64,000 nt of DNA from an uncultured Spirochaetota bacterium (GTDB taxonomy: Bacteria > Spirochaetota > Spirochaetia > SZUA-6 > Fen-1364): NCBI GenBank assembly GCA_963820525.1, contig CAWGAA010000001.1, positions 352,001 to 416,000 of the forward strand, written 5' to 3'. Below are positions 46,246 through 54,746 of the stretch, piece after piece. Made by a program: the position numbers and the translations under genes. A model generated the notes under the pieces. The model saw only the letters and a program-made list of their open reading frames with translations, had not been told where the DNA came from and made no database searches. Position 1 is the stretch's first letter, and every line of letters starts with the position of its first letter.

Positions 46246-49197
46246 CTACTCTGGAATTTCGCGCACGCTCGCCGCGAGCTCGGCCATCTCCCGCCCCGCC
46301 CGCTCGATCGCCGCGCGGTTGGAGATGACGACCGAGAACCCTTTCTCGTAGCCGTCGAGGAGGATCCGCGCGGCTTCGACCAGCGAGGTGCGATCCATGC
46401 CCAGCACGCGGGATCTGTGCGACTGGCGAAGCTCGTCGGTAATCCCGTACAGCCGTCGCTGGAGGCCCACGAGGCCCTTTTCTGAAGGGTCCATCGGCCT
46501 TTCTTCCTTTCCCACCGTGCCGATCACGGCGCGGTCGATGTCCTTCTCGTCCAGCCCGCCGTCCGCGGCGCGCGCCAGGGCTTCTCGGAAAGCTCCGAGC
46601 GTGCGCACGATGTTCGGGTCCCTGTACGAGGCGAAGAGGAACACACCATCCACGCTCCGGGGGTACGAGAACGCGCCGTAGGCGCCCCCCTCCATCCGCA
46701 CGGACTCCCAAAGGTGCCCCGTGGAGAGGAGGTGGCCGAGCACGGTCTGTGCGGCGCTCTTCGGCTCCTGGTAAAAGATCCCCGTTATCGCCCGTGCAAC
46801 ATACCCGACGGTGGCGCTCGTGACAAGAGATTCCGCGCCGCCGCCTGTTGGACTGAATGCCGGGCGGGCTTCCGCCGGATGAGCCATGCGGGGGTCCGGG
46901 ATCGATGAGGAGAACTCTCCCAGGGCCGATGCAAGCTGCCCGAAGCCCTCACCGGGGGCTGTCGCGTTCAGGATCATGCGGCCGCGCCTGACAAGCGAAT
47001 CGCGGATCTTTTCCAGCCCCTCTCTCACGCCGGAAAGCCGCTCGTCCACGTGCGATGCCAGCTCCTCGAGGAAAACGAGCTGCGTGACCCCTTTCCACGT
47101 CTCCTCTCTCGCGGCGGAGGGGCAGAGCCGTGCGGCCGCGCGCAGCAATGCGAAATGATGCCCTGCGGGAACGAGACTCGATTTTTCGTCGTTTCGAAGC
47201 TCGAGGATCATGTCGCGCAATCGCGATTCATCCGCGAAGTCCGCGCTGAGGAGCAGTCGACGGACAAGATCGAGGGCGGGCACAAGGTTCTTCCACAGCG
47301 CCTTCACCCTGAAGAGCATGTTTTGGCCGATCCCGTTCCGGCTGCCCACGATCCCGCTTGCGTCCACCGAGGAGAAGAAGCCCCCCGTCAGGCGGAACAG
47401 CTCGACCGCCATGTCGGCGTAGGATACCCCGGGAACTCCGCTGCCGCAGACGGCCTTGCAGAAGAGGGGCAGGAGCAGGGAGAGGCCCTCGTCGAGACCT
47501 TCAAGCGGAAACAGGATGTCGATATAGGCGATTCCATTGGTGAAGATATCGTGAAGGAACAATGGAACGCCGCCGGGAAGCGATTGCTCCAAGGTGGGTA
47601 TTTTCTCCACGGCGGCAGGCAGGTCCTTTCGGGCGAGGAAAGGGATCTTGGCGAGCTCCTCGGGGTTTTCAGCGCGCTTCTGGAATGCCGTGAAAGCTTC
47701 GGCGTCAGCTTCGAGCTTCCGCCTCCCCTCGGGATCGATGCCGGCGGAGAGAGCTGCAAGATGCCGAGAGAGCTCCTCGGATTCACTTTTTTCCTGATCG
47801 GGATCCGGCCGTACCACGAGAACGACCCGGTGTTGATTCGAAAGGAGCTCACGCTCGATTACGCCCTCGAAATACTTCGGATCTTCCGACAGCTCTTCCC
47901 GCAGCCTCTCCATTACGGGGGTGAAGGCGAGGGATGCTGCCGGGTCCAGGCCGTAGCTCCAGCCTCTGAGGGTCCGCCTCATGAGCCGAAGCGCGTACGG
48001 ACCGCCCCCTCCCCGGATCTCCCTGTTCCTGAACTCGACCCTGTTGATCACGGATTCGATGAGCGAAGGATCGATCCCGTCCCGGCAAAGCGATGAGAGG
48101 GTATCGAGAATCAGCCCGCGGATCTCCCCTTCCCGGTCCGGCTGCGTGCCCCGCAGGCCCACGCAGAACACGCTCTGCAAGAGCTCCGTCTCCAGGCCGC
48201 TGGCCGGGGAGAGATCCTCGCCGAGGCCGGAGTCAACCAGGCGCTTTCGAAGCGGGGAGCCCGCGTTTGCGATGAGGATGTCGCAGAGCACCTCGAGGGT
48301 GAGAAGCGCGAGCGGATCCGTCACGGGCTGTGAGAGCCAGCTCATGCACACGGTGGACCTTTTCTCCGTCGGCGTTCCCGGCCGCACGGGGAAGGTCTTC
48401 TCGAGCCTGCGCTCCGATTCCCAGCGGCTCTGGGGCGGAAGCGGCTCGGCGGCCGCCTCCCGGCCGAATGAGGCGAGCAGCTGCCGCTGGAGGAACTCGA
48501 GCTTCTCCTCGACCGGGATGTTCCCGTAGAGGAAGATCCTGCAATTCGAGGGATGGTAATAGCGGGCATGGTAGCTCTTGAGATCCGACAGCGCGAGGGA
48601 GGGGATCGCCTTCGGGTCCCCTCCGGAATCGAAACGGTATGGGGTGTCGGGAAACAGGCTTCTGTACGCCCACTCGCCCACCACGGACTCGGGGCTGGAG
48701 TAGGCCCCCTTCATCTCGTTGTAGACGACGCCGGCATATTTCAGGATCTCCCCCTGCCGCTCGAGACGCCAGGCTTCCTGCATGAACGTCTCGGTGCGCA
48801 GGAGCGGAAAGAAGACTGCATCCCCGTAGACGAGCATCAGGTTGAAGTAATCGGCGTGGTTCAGGCTGGCGGCGGGGTAGACGGTCCTGTCGGGGAAGGT
48901 GAAGGCGTTGAGGAAGGTATGCATGCTTCCCTTCATGAGCACGGAGAAGGGCTCTTTCACGGTGAACCGCCGGGAGCCCGAAAGCACCGAGTGCTCGGTG
49001 ATGTGGGTGACACCCGTGTCGTTCGGCGGCGGCGTCATGAAAGAGAAAGCGAAAAGATTTTCGCGGTCATCCGCTGAGAGGTTAAAGACCTCGCACCCCG
49101 TGGCATCGTGCATCAAATGAAGCGCCTGGCACCTGTACTCGGCCACGTCGCTCGCCGACAGGACCCGAAAACCTTTGAGGATGTCGCCTGCTTTCAT
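46246..49197 (-). CDS. M16C insulinase-family metallopeptidase (PreP-like)
   Basis: HITEH inverted Zn motif, FLNAFTFPDRT, GVVYNEMKG, YYHPSN, VRMEGGAYG, SYRDP. Confidence 0.92.
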   Translation of the reverse strand: MKAGDILKGFRVLSASDVAEYRCQALHLMHDATGCEVFNLSADDRENLFAFSFMTPPPNDTGVTHITEHSVLSGSRRFTVKEPFSVLMKGSMHTFLNAFTFPDRTVYPAASLNHADYFNLMLVYGDAVFFPLLRTETFMQEAWRLERQGEILKYAGVVYNEMKGAYSSPESVVGEWAYRSLFPDTPYRFDSGGDPKAIPSLALSDLKSYHARYYHPSNCRIFLYGNIPVEEKLEFLQRQLLASFGREAAAEPLPPQSRWESERRLEKTFPVRPGTPTEKRSTVCMSWLSQPVTDPLALLTLEVLCDILIANAGSPLRKRLVDSGLGEDLSPASGLETELLQSVFCVGLRGTQPDREGEIRGLILDTLSSLCRDGIDPSLIESVINRVEFRNREIRGGGGPYALRLMRRTLRGWSYGLDPAASLAFTPVMERLREELSEDPKYFEGVIERELLSNQHRVVLVVRPDPDQEKSESEELSRHLAALSAGIDPEGRRKLEADAEAFTAFQKRAENPEELAKIPFLARKDLPAAVEKIPTLEQSLPGGVPLFLHDIFTNGIAYIDILFPLEGLDEGLSLLLPLFCKAVCGSGVPGVSYADMAVELFRLTGGFFSSVDASGIVGSRNGIGQNMLFRVKALWKNLVPALDLVRRLLLSADFADESRLRDMILELRNDEKSSLVPAGHHFALLRAAARLCPSAAREETWKGVTQLVFLEELASHVDERLSGVREGLEKIRDSLVRRGRMILNATAPGEGFGQLASALGEFSSSIPDPRMAHPAEARPAFSPTGGGAESLVTSATVGYVARAITGIFYQEPKSAAQTVLGHLLSTGHLWESVRMEGGAYGAFSYPRSVDGVFLFASYRDPNIVRTLGAFREALARAADGGLDEKDIDRAVIGTVGKEERPMDPSEKGLVGLQRRLYGITDELRQSHRSRVLGMDRTSLVEAARILLDGYEKGFSVVISNRAAIERAGREMAELAASVREIPE

Positions 49198-49264
49198 TGG
49201 TTCTGAATATACGGGGGAATCAGCCCCCTGTCCATTCCGCGCCGAAGCTCGGCTGAAGCTCGTC

Positions 49265-50425
49265 TTACGGCCCTTCGCCCAAGTCCATGTTCTGCCAGAT
49301 GTCGGTCCGCTGGGCCGAGTAGGAAACCCGCTTGTAGCCGATTTCGATCTCGAGGGAGAGCCGGACCTTGCCCGCCTCGATTTTCGTTTCCGTATCCTCG
49401 GTAACGCCCTGGAGATTGAGGGGACGCTTCTCCCCATCACTGAAGAGAGTGCCCTGGACGCTCACGGCATCCCCCGAGCGGGTTACCGCGAGCTCGACGC
49501 CGGCCGTGACTTTCTTTCCGTCCCTTCCCGTGAAGGAGAGATCGCGGTTGAGGGCGAGCGGACTCGCGGAGAGCCTGTCGAATTTGACCTCCGCGCCGCC
49601 GAGGTCCTGAAGCTTGTAGATGATGTCGTTGTAGTGCGCCGCATTGGCCCGCACCACCTGCCGCTTTCCCGGCTTCACCTCCACCGGCTGCACCCAATCG
49701 TGGAACGTGAAATCGGGGAGGCTCACCACGCCGAAGCGGGAAAGATGGATCCGAAGTGAATGCGGGCCGGGCTTGACTCCCTCGACGATGAACGGGGTTT
49801 TCGTCTCCTCGGGGCTGTATCCCGAGAACTCCCCGTCGAGGAAGATCTCGGCGTCGATCAACCCCGCGTAGAGCGCGATGCTCCCCGGCGTTTCGTCCTG
49901 CAGAGAAAGGATGGAAAGCTCCCGCTGGGGCGAGCGCAGGCTGACGGTGGCTCCCGTCAGCTTCTGGATGATGCTCTCCGAGAGGGCATGAATCGTGTTC
50001 TCCGTGCTTCCCCTCTGGGAGAAGGTGACGGTCTTCGCCGTGGCCACCGCCGCGAGGGCCGCGTTCACCTGGATCTCCTCGCCGAGGAAGACGTATTCCG
50101 CGCGCAGGAGGTAGTCTGCGCCGAGGATCTTGCCCACTTCGAGGGCCTTTCCCTGGTCATCGATCACGGCGCTCAGCCGAAGCTCCTGCTCCTTGAGGAC
50201 GTCCTCGAGGTGCGACCTGTCGACCACCTGGATGTCCTTCTGCGACGTGATGTCGTAGAGGAGCAGCCCCTGGATGATTCCGGAAAGGTATTCGTGGCGG
50301 GGGTCTCCTCCGCGATTGGTGACGCCGAGAAGCGCGACGGTGACCTTCTCTGCGAAGGCCGAGACACTAACCAGGAGAAAGAGGGCGAGCGCGAAGGTTC
50401 GCGCCGTTCTGGAGGGCCGCATCAT
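49265..50425 (-). CDS. Exported protein with a CsgG/TolB-N-like domain + PEGA domain
   Basis: Signal peptide; VVDRSHLEDVLKEQEL, VGKILGADYLL; PEGA-like AEIFLDGEFSG...PGPHSLRI. Confidence 0.75.
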   Translation of the reverse strand: MMRPSRTARTFALALFLLVSVSAFAEKVTVALLGVTNRGGDPRHEYLSGIIQGLLLYDITSQKDIQVVDRSHLEDVLKEQELRLSAVIDDQGKALEVGKILGADYLLRAEYVFLGEEIQVNAALAAVATAKTVTFSQRGSTENTIHALSESIIQKLTGATVSLRSPQRELSILSLQDETPGSIALYAGLIDAEIFLDGEFSGYSPEETKTPFIVEGVKPGPHSLRIHLSRFGVVSLPDFTFHDWVQPVEVKPGKRQVVRANAAHYNDIIYKLQDLGGAEVKFDRLSASPLALNRDLSFTGRDGKKVTAGVELAVTRSGDAVSVQGTLFSDGEKRPLNLQGVTEDTETKIEAGKVRLSLEIEIGYKRVSYSAQRTDIWQNMDLGEGP

Positions 50426-50464
50426 CCCGTGACTATCTCCCAAGGCTTGCCGATACGTCAAGCC

Positions 50465-50493
50465 TTTACAAAAGAGATTCATCGCGCCATACT
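50465..50493 (+). promoter_or_regulatory. Putative epmA-efp promoter
   Basis: TTTACA-N17-CATACT. Confidence 0.55.
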
Positions 50494-50504
50494 GCCGCGG
50501 GACG

Positions 50505-51491
50505 ATGATGCTTCGCGAGCGACTGGAGCGTACCGCGCGCTTCCGCAATGAGACGAGGAAGTTCTTCTCTGAAAAGGGGTTCATCGAGGTGGACACTCCG
50601 GCGCTCTGTCCCGCCCTCATTCCCGAGGCGTCGATCGAGGTTTTCAAGACCGAGCTTGTGACAGCCTCGGGACGCGCGCATGATCTCTACCTTGCCCCAT
50701 CGCCGGAGCTGTGGATGAAGCGGCTTCTCGCCGATGGCTCGGGCAGCATTTTCCAGATAGCCCCGGCCTTCAGAAACGGCGACGGCGGATCCCCGATCCA
50801 CAACCCGGAGTTTCGTCTCCTGGAATGGTACCAGCCGGGCGCATCCTACACGGATTGCATTCCCTTCACGGAAGAGCTCATCGCGCGCCTGCTGGCTTCG
50901 GTCGGTACACGATGCCCGGCAGAGGAGATCTCCCCTCCCTTCCTCCGCATGACGATGTCCGAGGCCTTCGACAGGCATTGCGGCATCGAGCTTGCCCGCT
51001 GCCGGAAGACTCCCGAATTGGTGAAGAAAGGACAGCGGCTCGGCCTTGTGATGCCGAACGAGCCGACGTGGGAGGAAGCGTTTCATGTAATCTTTCTCAG
51101 CCTCGTTGAGCCCAACCTCCCGCGCGAGAAGCCGCTTGTGCTCCTCGATTATCCCGCGCTCATCCCCACGACCGCCCGGCGCAAGAGAGGCACTCCCTTT
51201 GCCGAGCGGTGGGAGCTCTATTTGCGGGGAGTCGAGATCGCCAACTGCTATTCGGAAGAGACCGACCCCGAAGAGATCAGGAAATTTCTCACGGGCGAGG
51301 AAGAGCGAAAGAAGACCAGCCCGGTTTCCCACCCCACCGACTCCGGCTTCGCCCGGGCAATCGAGAAAGGCCTGCCCGCCTGCGCGGGAGTAGCGCTGGG
51401 ACTGGACAGACTGGAGATGGTATTCTGCGGCGAGACATCACTGGAGGGGGTGATCTTGTTCCCGATTTCTGATACACTCCGCGGCATATAA
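50505..51491 (+). CDS. epmA: EF-P--(R)-beta-lysine ligase (GenX/PoxA)
   Basis: LysRS catalytic domain only: FIEVDTP, LAPSPELWMKRLLA, FRN, HNPEF.LLEWY, GVALGLDRL; adjacent to efp. Confidence 0.92.
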   Translation: MMLRERLERTARFRNETRKFFSEKGFIEVDTPALCPALIPEASIEVFKTELVTASGRAHDLYLAPSPELWMKRLLADGSGSIFQIAPAFRNGDGGSPIHNPEFRLLEWYQPGASYTDCIPFTEELIARLLASVGTRCPAEEISPPFLRMTMSEAFDRHCGIELARCRKTPELVKKGQRLGLVMPNEPTWEEAFHVIFLSLVEPNLPREKPLVLLDYPALIPTTARRKRGTPFAERWELYLRGVEIANCYSEETDPEEIRKFLTGEEERKKTSPVSHPTDSGFARAIEKGLPACAGVALGLDRLEMVFCGETSLEGVILFPISDTLRGI

Positions 51492-51516
51492 TCCGGAACA
51501 AACCGAGAGGAAACAC

Positions 51517-52080
51517 ATGATCAAGGCGAGCGATATCTCCAAGGGCATGTTCATCCTGATCAAGAACGAACCCCACGTCTGCGTGGAGCGTGAGTACGTG
51601 AATCCGGGCAAGGGCTCCGCCTTCGTGAGGCTGAAGCTGAAGAATATAAAGTCGGGCCTCGTTGTCCGGCAGACCAACAAGGCCCAGGACAACCTGGAAG
51701 ACGTCAACGTGGAGTACAGGGACGTTCAGTTCCTCTACACGGACGAGGAAAGCTACCATTTCATGGACACGAAAAGCTACGAGCAGCTGGCCATCCCCGT
51801 GGAGGGAAACGAGGAGAAAAAGGACTTCCTCAAGGACGGAGAGATGTACCAGGTGGTCTTCTGGGAAAACACCCCCATCGATATCAAGCTGCCGACAAAG
51901 ATGGTCTTCACCGTGGCCGAGGCCGAGAAGGCCGAGCGGGGCGACACGGTGAGCGGGGCGACCAAGACCATCACCTGCGAGACGGGCCTGAAGGTGAAGG
52001 TCCCCCTCTTCATCAAGCAGGGCGACAAGATCCTCGTCAATACGGAAACCAGAGAGTACCAGGAGCGCGTGAACTCCTAG
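51517..52080 (+). CDS. efp: Elongation factor P
   Basis: NPGKGSAFVR (modifiable Lys), RGDT, ETGLKVKVPLFI. Confidence 0.97.
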   Translation: MIKASDISKGMFILIKNEPHVCVEREYVNPGKGSAFVRLKLKNIKSGLVVRQTNKAQDNLEDVNVEYRDVQFLYTDEESYHFMDTKSYEQLAIPVEGNEEKKDFLKDGEMYQVVFWENTPIDIKLPTKMVFTVAEAEKAERGDTVSGATKTITCETGLKVKVPLFIKQGDKILVNTETREYQERVNS

Positions 52081-52091
52081 CAGAAAGCCGC

Positions 52092-53240
52092 ATGCAGCTC
52101 TCCCCAACCCTCTTTCTCGTCGCTACCGGGCACTTTATCAACGATATCTACATGGGGTTCCTCGCCCCGCTGTATCCGTTGATCATGGAGAAGTTCAACC
52201 TCTCCCTCTCCCTGGTAGGCACGATCTCCATGGTGGCTGCCCTGGCCTCGGCGCTCAGCCAACCCCTCTTCGGGATGCTCTTCGACCGCTACGGCGCCTC
52301 GATCGCCCTGTACCTCGCTCCGCTGGTCACGGGGGTGTTCGTGAGCCTCATGGGGGCGGCGCCGAGCTTCCCCCTCTTCCTTGCCGTCCTCTTCATCGGC
52401 TGCCTCGGGTCCGCCGCTTTCCACCCTACCGGGGCATCTGTGACTCCTTCCCTGAGCGGAAAGCATCCCGAGGTGGGCATGGCGCTGTTCAGCGCCGGGG
52501 GAAACCTCGGCTTCGCAGCGGGGCCCGCCGTCATTGCCTTCTTCATCGCCGCGTTCGGCTACCAGGCATCCCCCATGCTCGCCCTGCCCGCCGTCGCGGT
52601 GGCAATGGCGCTGTTCTTTCTGCTGCCCATTGCCTCCCTGCGGGAAAAGACGCGGAGGGCGGCACGGATCTCCTGGCGCGATCTGTTCGCCGACAAGAGG
52701 CAGAGCCGCATCGTGCTGCGACTCGTCTTCATCAACTTCTGTCTCACGGTCGGGATCCGGGGAATGCAGACCTTCCTGCCGATCCACCTGGCATCCGGCG
52801 GCATGCCGCTGACATCCATCGGCATACTCTTCACGGTGATGCTGGCGCTCGGAGCCCTGATCTCGATCTGGACGAGCGCGATTTCCCGGACTGCCGGCCG
52901 GCGCCCGCTCATCCTCGCCTCGATCCTTGCCGGAGTCCCTTTATTCCTCCTTGGAGTTCTTCTGCTCCCCTCCCCCCCGGGAAGCATCCTCATCGTTCTC
53001 TCCGGGGTTGCCCTCACCTCCTCCAATCCCATCCTCATCCTCTTTGCGCAGACGTATTCCGGAAACTCCCCCGCCATGGCCTCGTCTCTTCTCATGGGTC
53101 TTTCCTGGGGCATCGCGGGGCTCGCGATGGTGCCGCTGGGAATCCTGGGGGAGCTGATCGGGGTGAAGAGCATGCTCGTCCTGGCAAGCCTTTTTCCGCT
53201 CCTCGGCATCGTCGCATGCCTGCGGGTGCCGAATCGCTAA
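52092..53240 (+). CDS. MFS transporter (Fsr/fosmidomycin-resistance-like)
   Basis: HFINDIY, QPLFGMLFDR, GSAAFHP, GGNLGFAAGP; about 12 TMs. Confidence 0.88.
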   Translation: MQLSPTLFLVATGHFINDIYMGFLAPLYPLIMEKFNLSLSLVGTISMVAALASALSQPLFGMLFDRYGASIALYLAPLVTGVFVSLMGAAPSFPLFLAVLFIGCLGSAAFHPTGASVTPSLSGKHPEVGMALFSAGGNLGFAAGPAVIAFFIAAFGYQASPMLALPAVAVAMALFFLLPIASLREKTRRAARISWRDLFADKRQSRIVLRLVFINFCLTVGIRGMQTFLPIHLASGGMPLTSIGILFTVMLALGALISIWTSAISRTAGRRPLILASILAGVPLFLLGVLLLPSPPGSILIVLSGVALTSSNPILILFAQTYSGNSPAMASSLLMGLSWGIAGLAMVPLGILGELIGVKSMLVLASLFPLLGIVACLRVPNR

Positions 53241-53246
53241 GGCCTT

Positions 53247-54644
53247 CTATTCCCAGAGATACTCGCCCTGCACATAATCCGAGCGGCCGTCCAGGATGCC
53301 GGATTGGGATATCGCGTTGCACGCCTTCATGTACGCCTTGAGGCTCGCTTCTATGACGTCCGTGCTGCCATGCCTTCCATGGAAGCGCCTGCCCTTGAGC
53401 TCGGTGGTGACGGTTACCTCGGCCGATGCCTCGGGGCCGGTCGCCAATGTGTAGAGTGAATAGTAGACGAGCCGGGGAGAGAGTCCCAGGGCCCGATCCA
53501 CCGCCTTGAACAGGGCGTCTATCGGTCCCGTCCCATGGGAGCTCTGCACAAGACGGCCGCCCTCATGCTCGATGACCACGATGCCGACGGGCGGCGAATG
53601 CGATCCCGTGAGGACGCTGAAGGATTCCAGGCGATAAGCGTCGGCCTTCCGGCCCTCCGGCTGTGTGGCGGGCGCGGCAGCGCCCTCGATTCTCCCGATG
53701 GTCTTCTCCTGCAGGAGCTCGCGAAGGCGGGGCTCCAGGGGGCGCGAAACGGGAGAACCGGCCGAGAGAGCGCACCTGCCGATGATGGGCTTGTTGGGAT
53801 GCGTGTGCACTCCGGTGATCTCGTCGAACAACGCGGAAGCCCCCGCGATCTCGGAGAGCCGGATTCCGTGGGAAACGCCGAAGCGCTCTCCGAATGCCGA
53901 GATGAGGAAGGCCACCTCTTCCAGCGCGGCGTTGCCGGCTCTTTCGCCGAATCCGCCCAGAGTCACCTCGACATGGGATGCGCCGGCCTCGATGGCGGCA
54001 AGGGTGTTCGCGGCCGCAAGACCGAGATCATTGTGGCAGTGCACCCCGAGCAGAGCCGCCCGACCCTCGCCAAAGAGCCCGAGGGCTTCGCCGATGAAGG
54101 CTTTCATATCTCCGGGAGAAAGCACGCCGCTTGAGTCTGCAAGGTTTATCACGTCGGCGCCGGCCTCTCGGGCGGCGAGACAGAGCTGGTCACGAAAGGC
54201 CCTCCTGGCGTGGGGAGCTTCGCTCAGCGAAAACTGCACCCGCACCCCGGCGTTCCTGCCCATTCGGATGCATGTCTTCACAGCCTCCACGGCGCGGCTC
54301 TCGCTCATCTTCACGACATCGGTGAGGGATTCGGGGGACACGGGCATGAAAATGTGAAGGTAGGGTTTGGCGGCCTGCGCGAGAGCCCTGAGGGTTTTTT
54401 CGACATCCTCGGGGAGGGCTCTGGCAAGGGCTGAAACGAAGGATGAGGTGATCTCGCGGGCTATGCGGGAAACGCACTCCGCCTCTTCGGGTGAAGAGAC
54501 GGGGAAACCCGCCTCGATGATGTCCACCCCCATGCGCTCCAGCCGATGCGCCAGGATGAGGCGATCCTCCGCTGAGAGCACGACAAAGGGGAGCTTGTTT
54601 CCGTCCCGGAGCGTCGTGTCGAGGATCTCGATTCGACGGGCCAT
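53247..54644 (-). CDS. Divergent 2-isopropylmalate synthase (LeuA)-like DRE-TIM protein with a regulatory domain
   Basis: DTTLRDG, IEAGFP, HCHNDLGLA, GERAGNA, NKPIIG; C-terminal GTGPIDAL...STDVIEAS. Confidence 0.8.
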   Translation of the reverse strand: MARRIEILDTTLRDGNKLPFVVLSAEDRLILAHRLERMGVDIIEAGFPVSSPEEAECVSRIAREITSSFVSALARALPEDVEKTLRALAQAAKPYLHIFMPVSPESLTDVVKMSESRAVEAVKTCIRMGRNAGVRVQFSLSEAPHARRAFRDQLCLAAREAGADVINLADSSGVLSPGDMKAFIGEALGLFGEGRAALLGVHCHNDLGLAAANTLAAIEAGASHVEVTLGGFGERAGNAALEEVAFLISAFGERFGVSHGIRLSEIAGASALFDEITGVHTHPNKPIIGRCALSAGSPVSRPLEPRLRELLQEKTIGRIEGAAAPATQPEGRKADAYRLESFSVLTGSHSPPVGIVVIEHEGGRLVQSSHGTGPIDALFKAVDRALGLSPRLVYYSLYTLATGPEASAEVTVTTELKGRRFHGRHGSTDVIEASLKAYMKACNAISQSGILDGRSDYVQGEYLWE

Positions 54645-54746
54645 GGCGTATGATAGTACGGCTCTTCGCGCGGCGCAAGCCGAGCGGGAAGCCGCATGTG
54701 CCGGCTCGATTTCGCAGAAGCGGGACGGCGGGCCGGATGCGATCTT

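Noticed and set aside
44629..46485. Long opposite-strand or alternative-frame ORFs (also 20409-21770, 24084-25346, 59823-61505 and many others)
   Set aside because: They overlap well-supported genes, lack recognisable motifs, and are expected from high-GC codon bias
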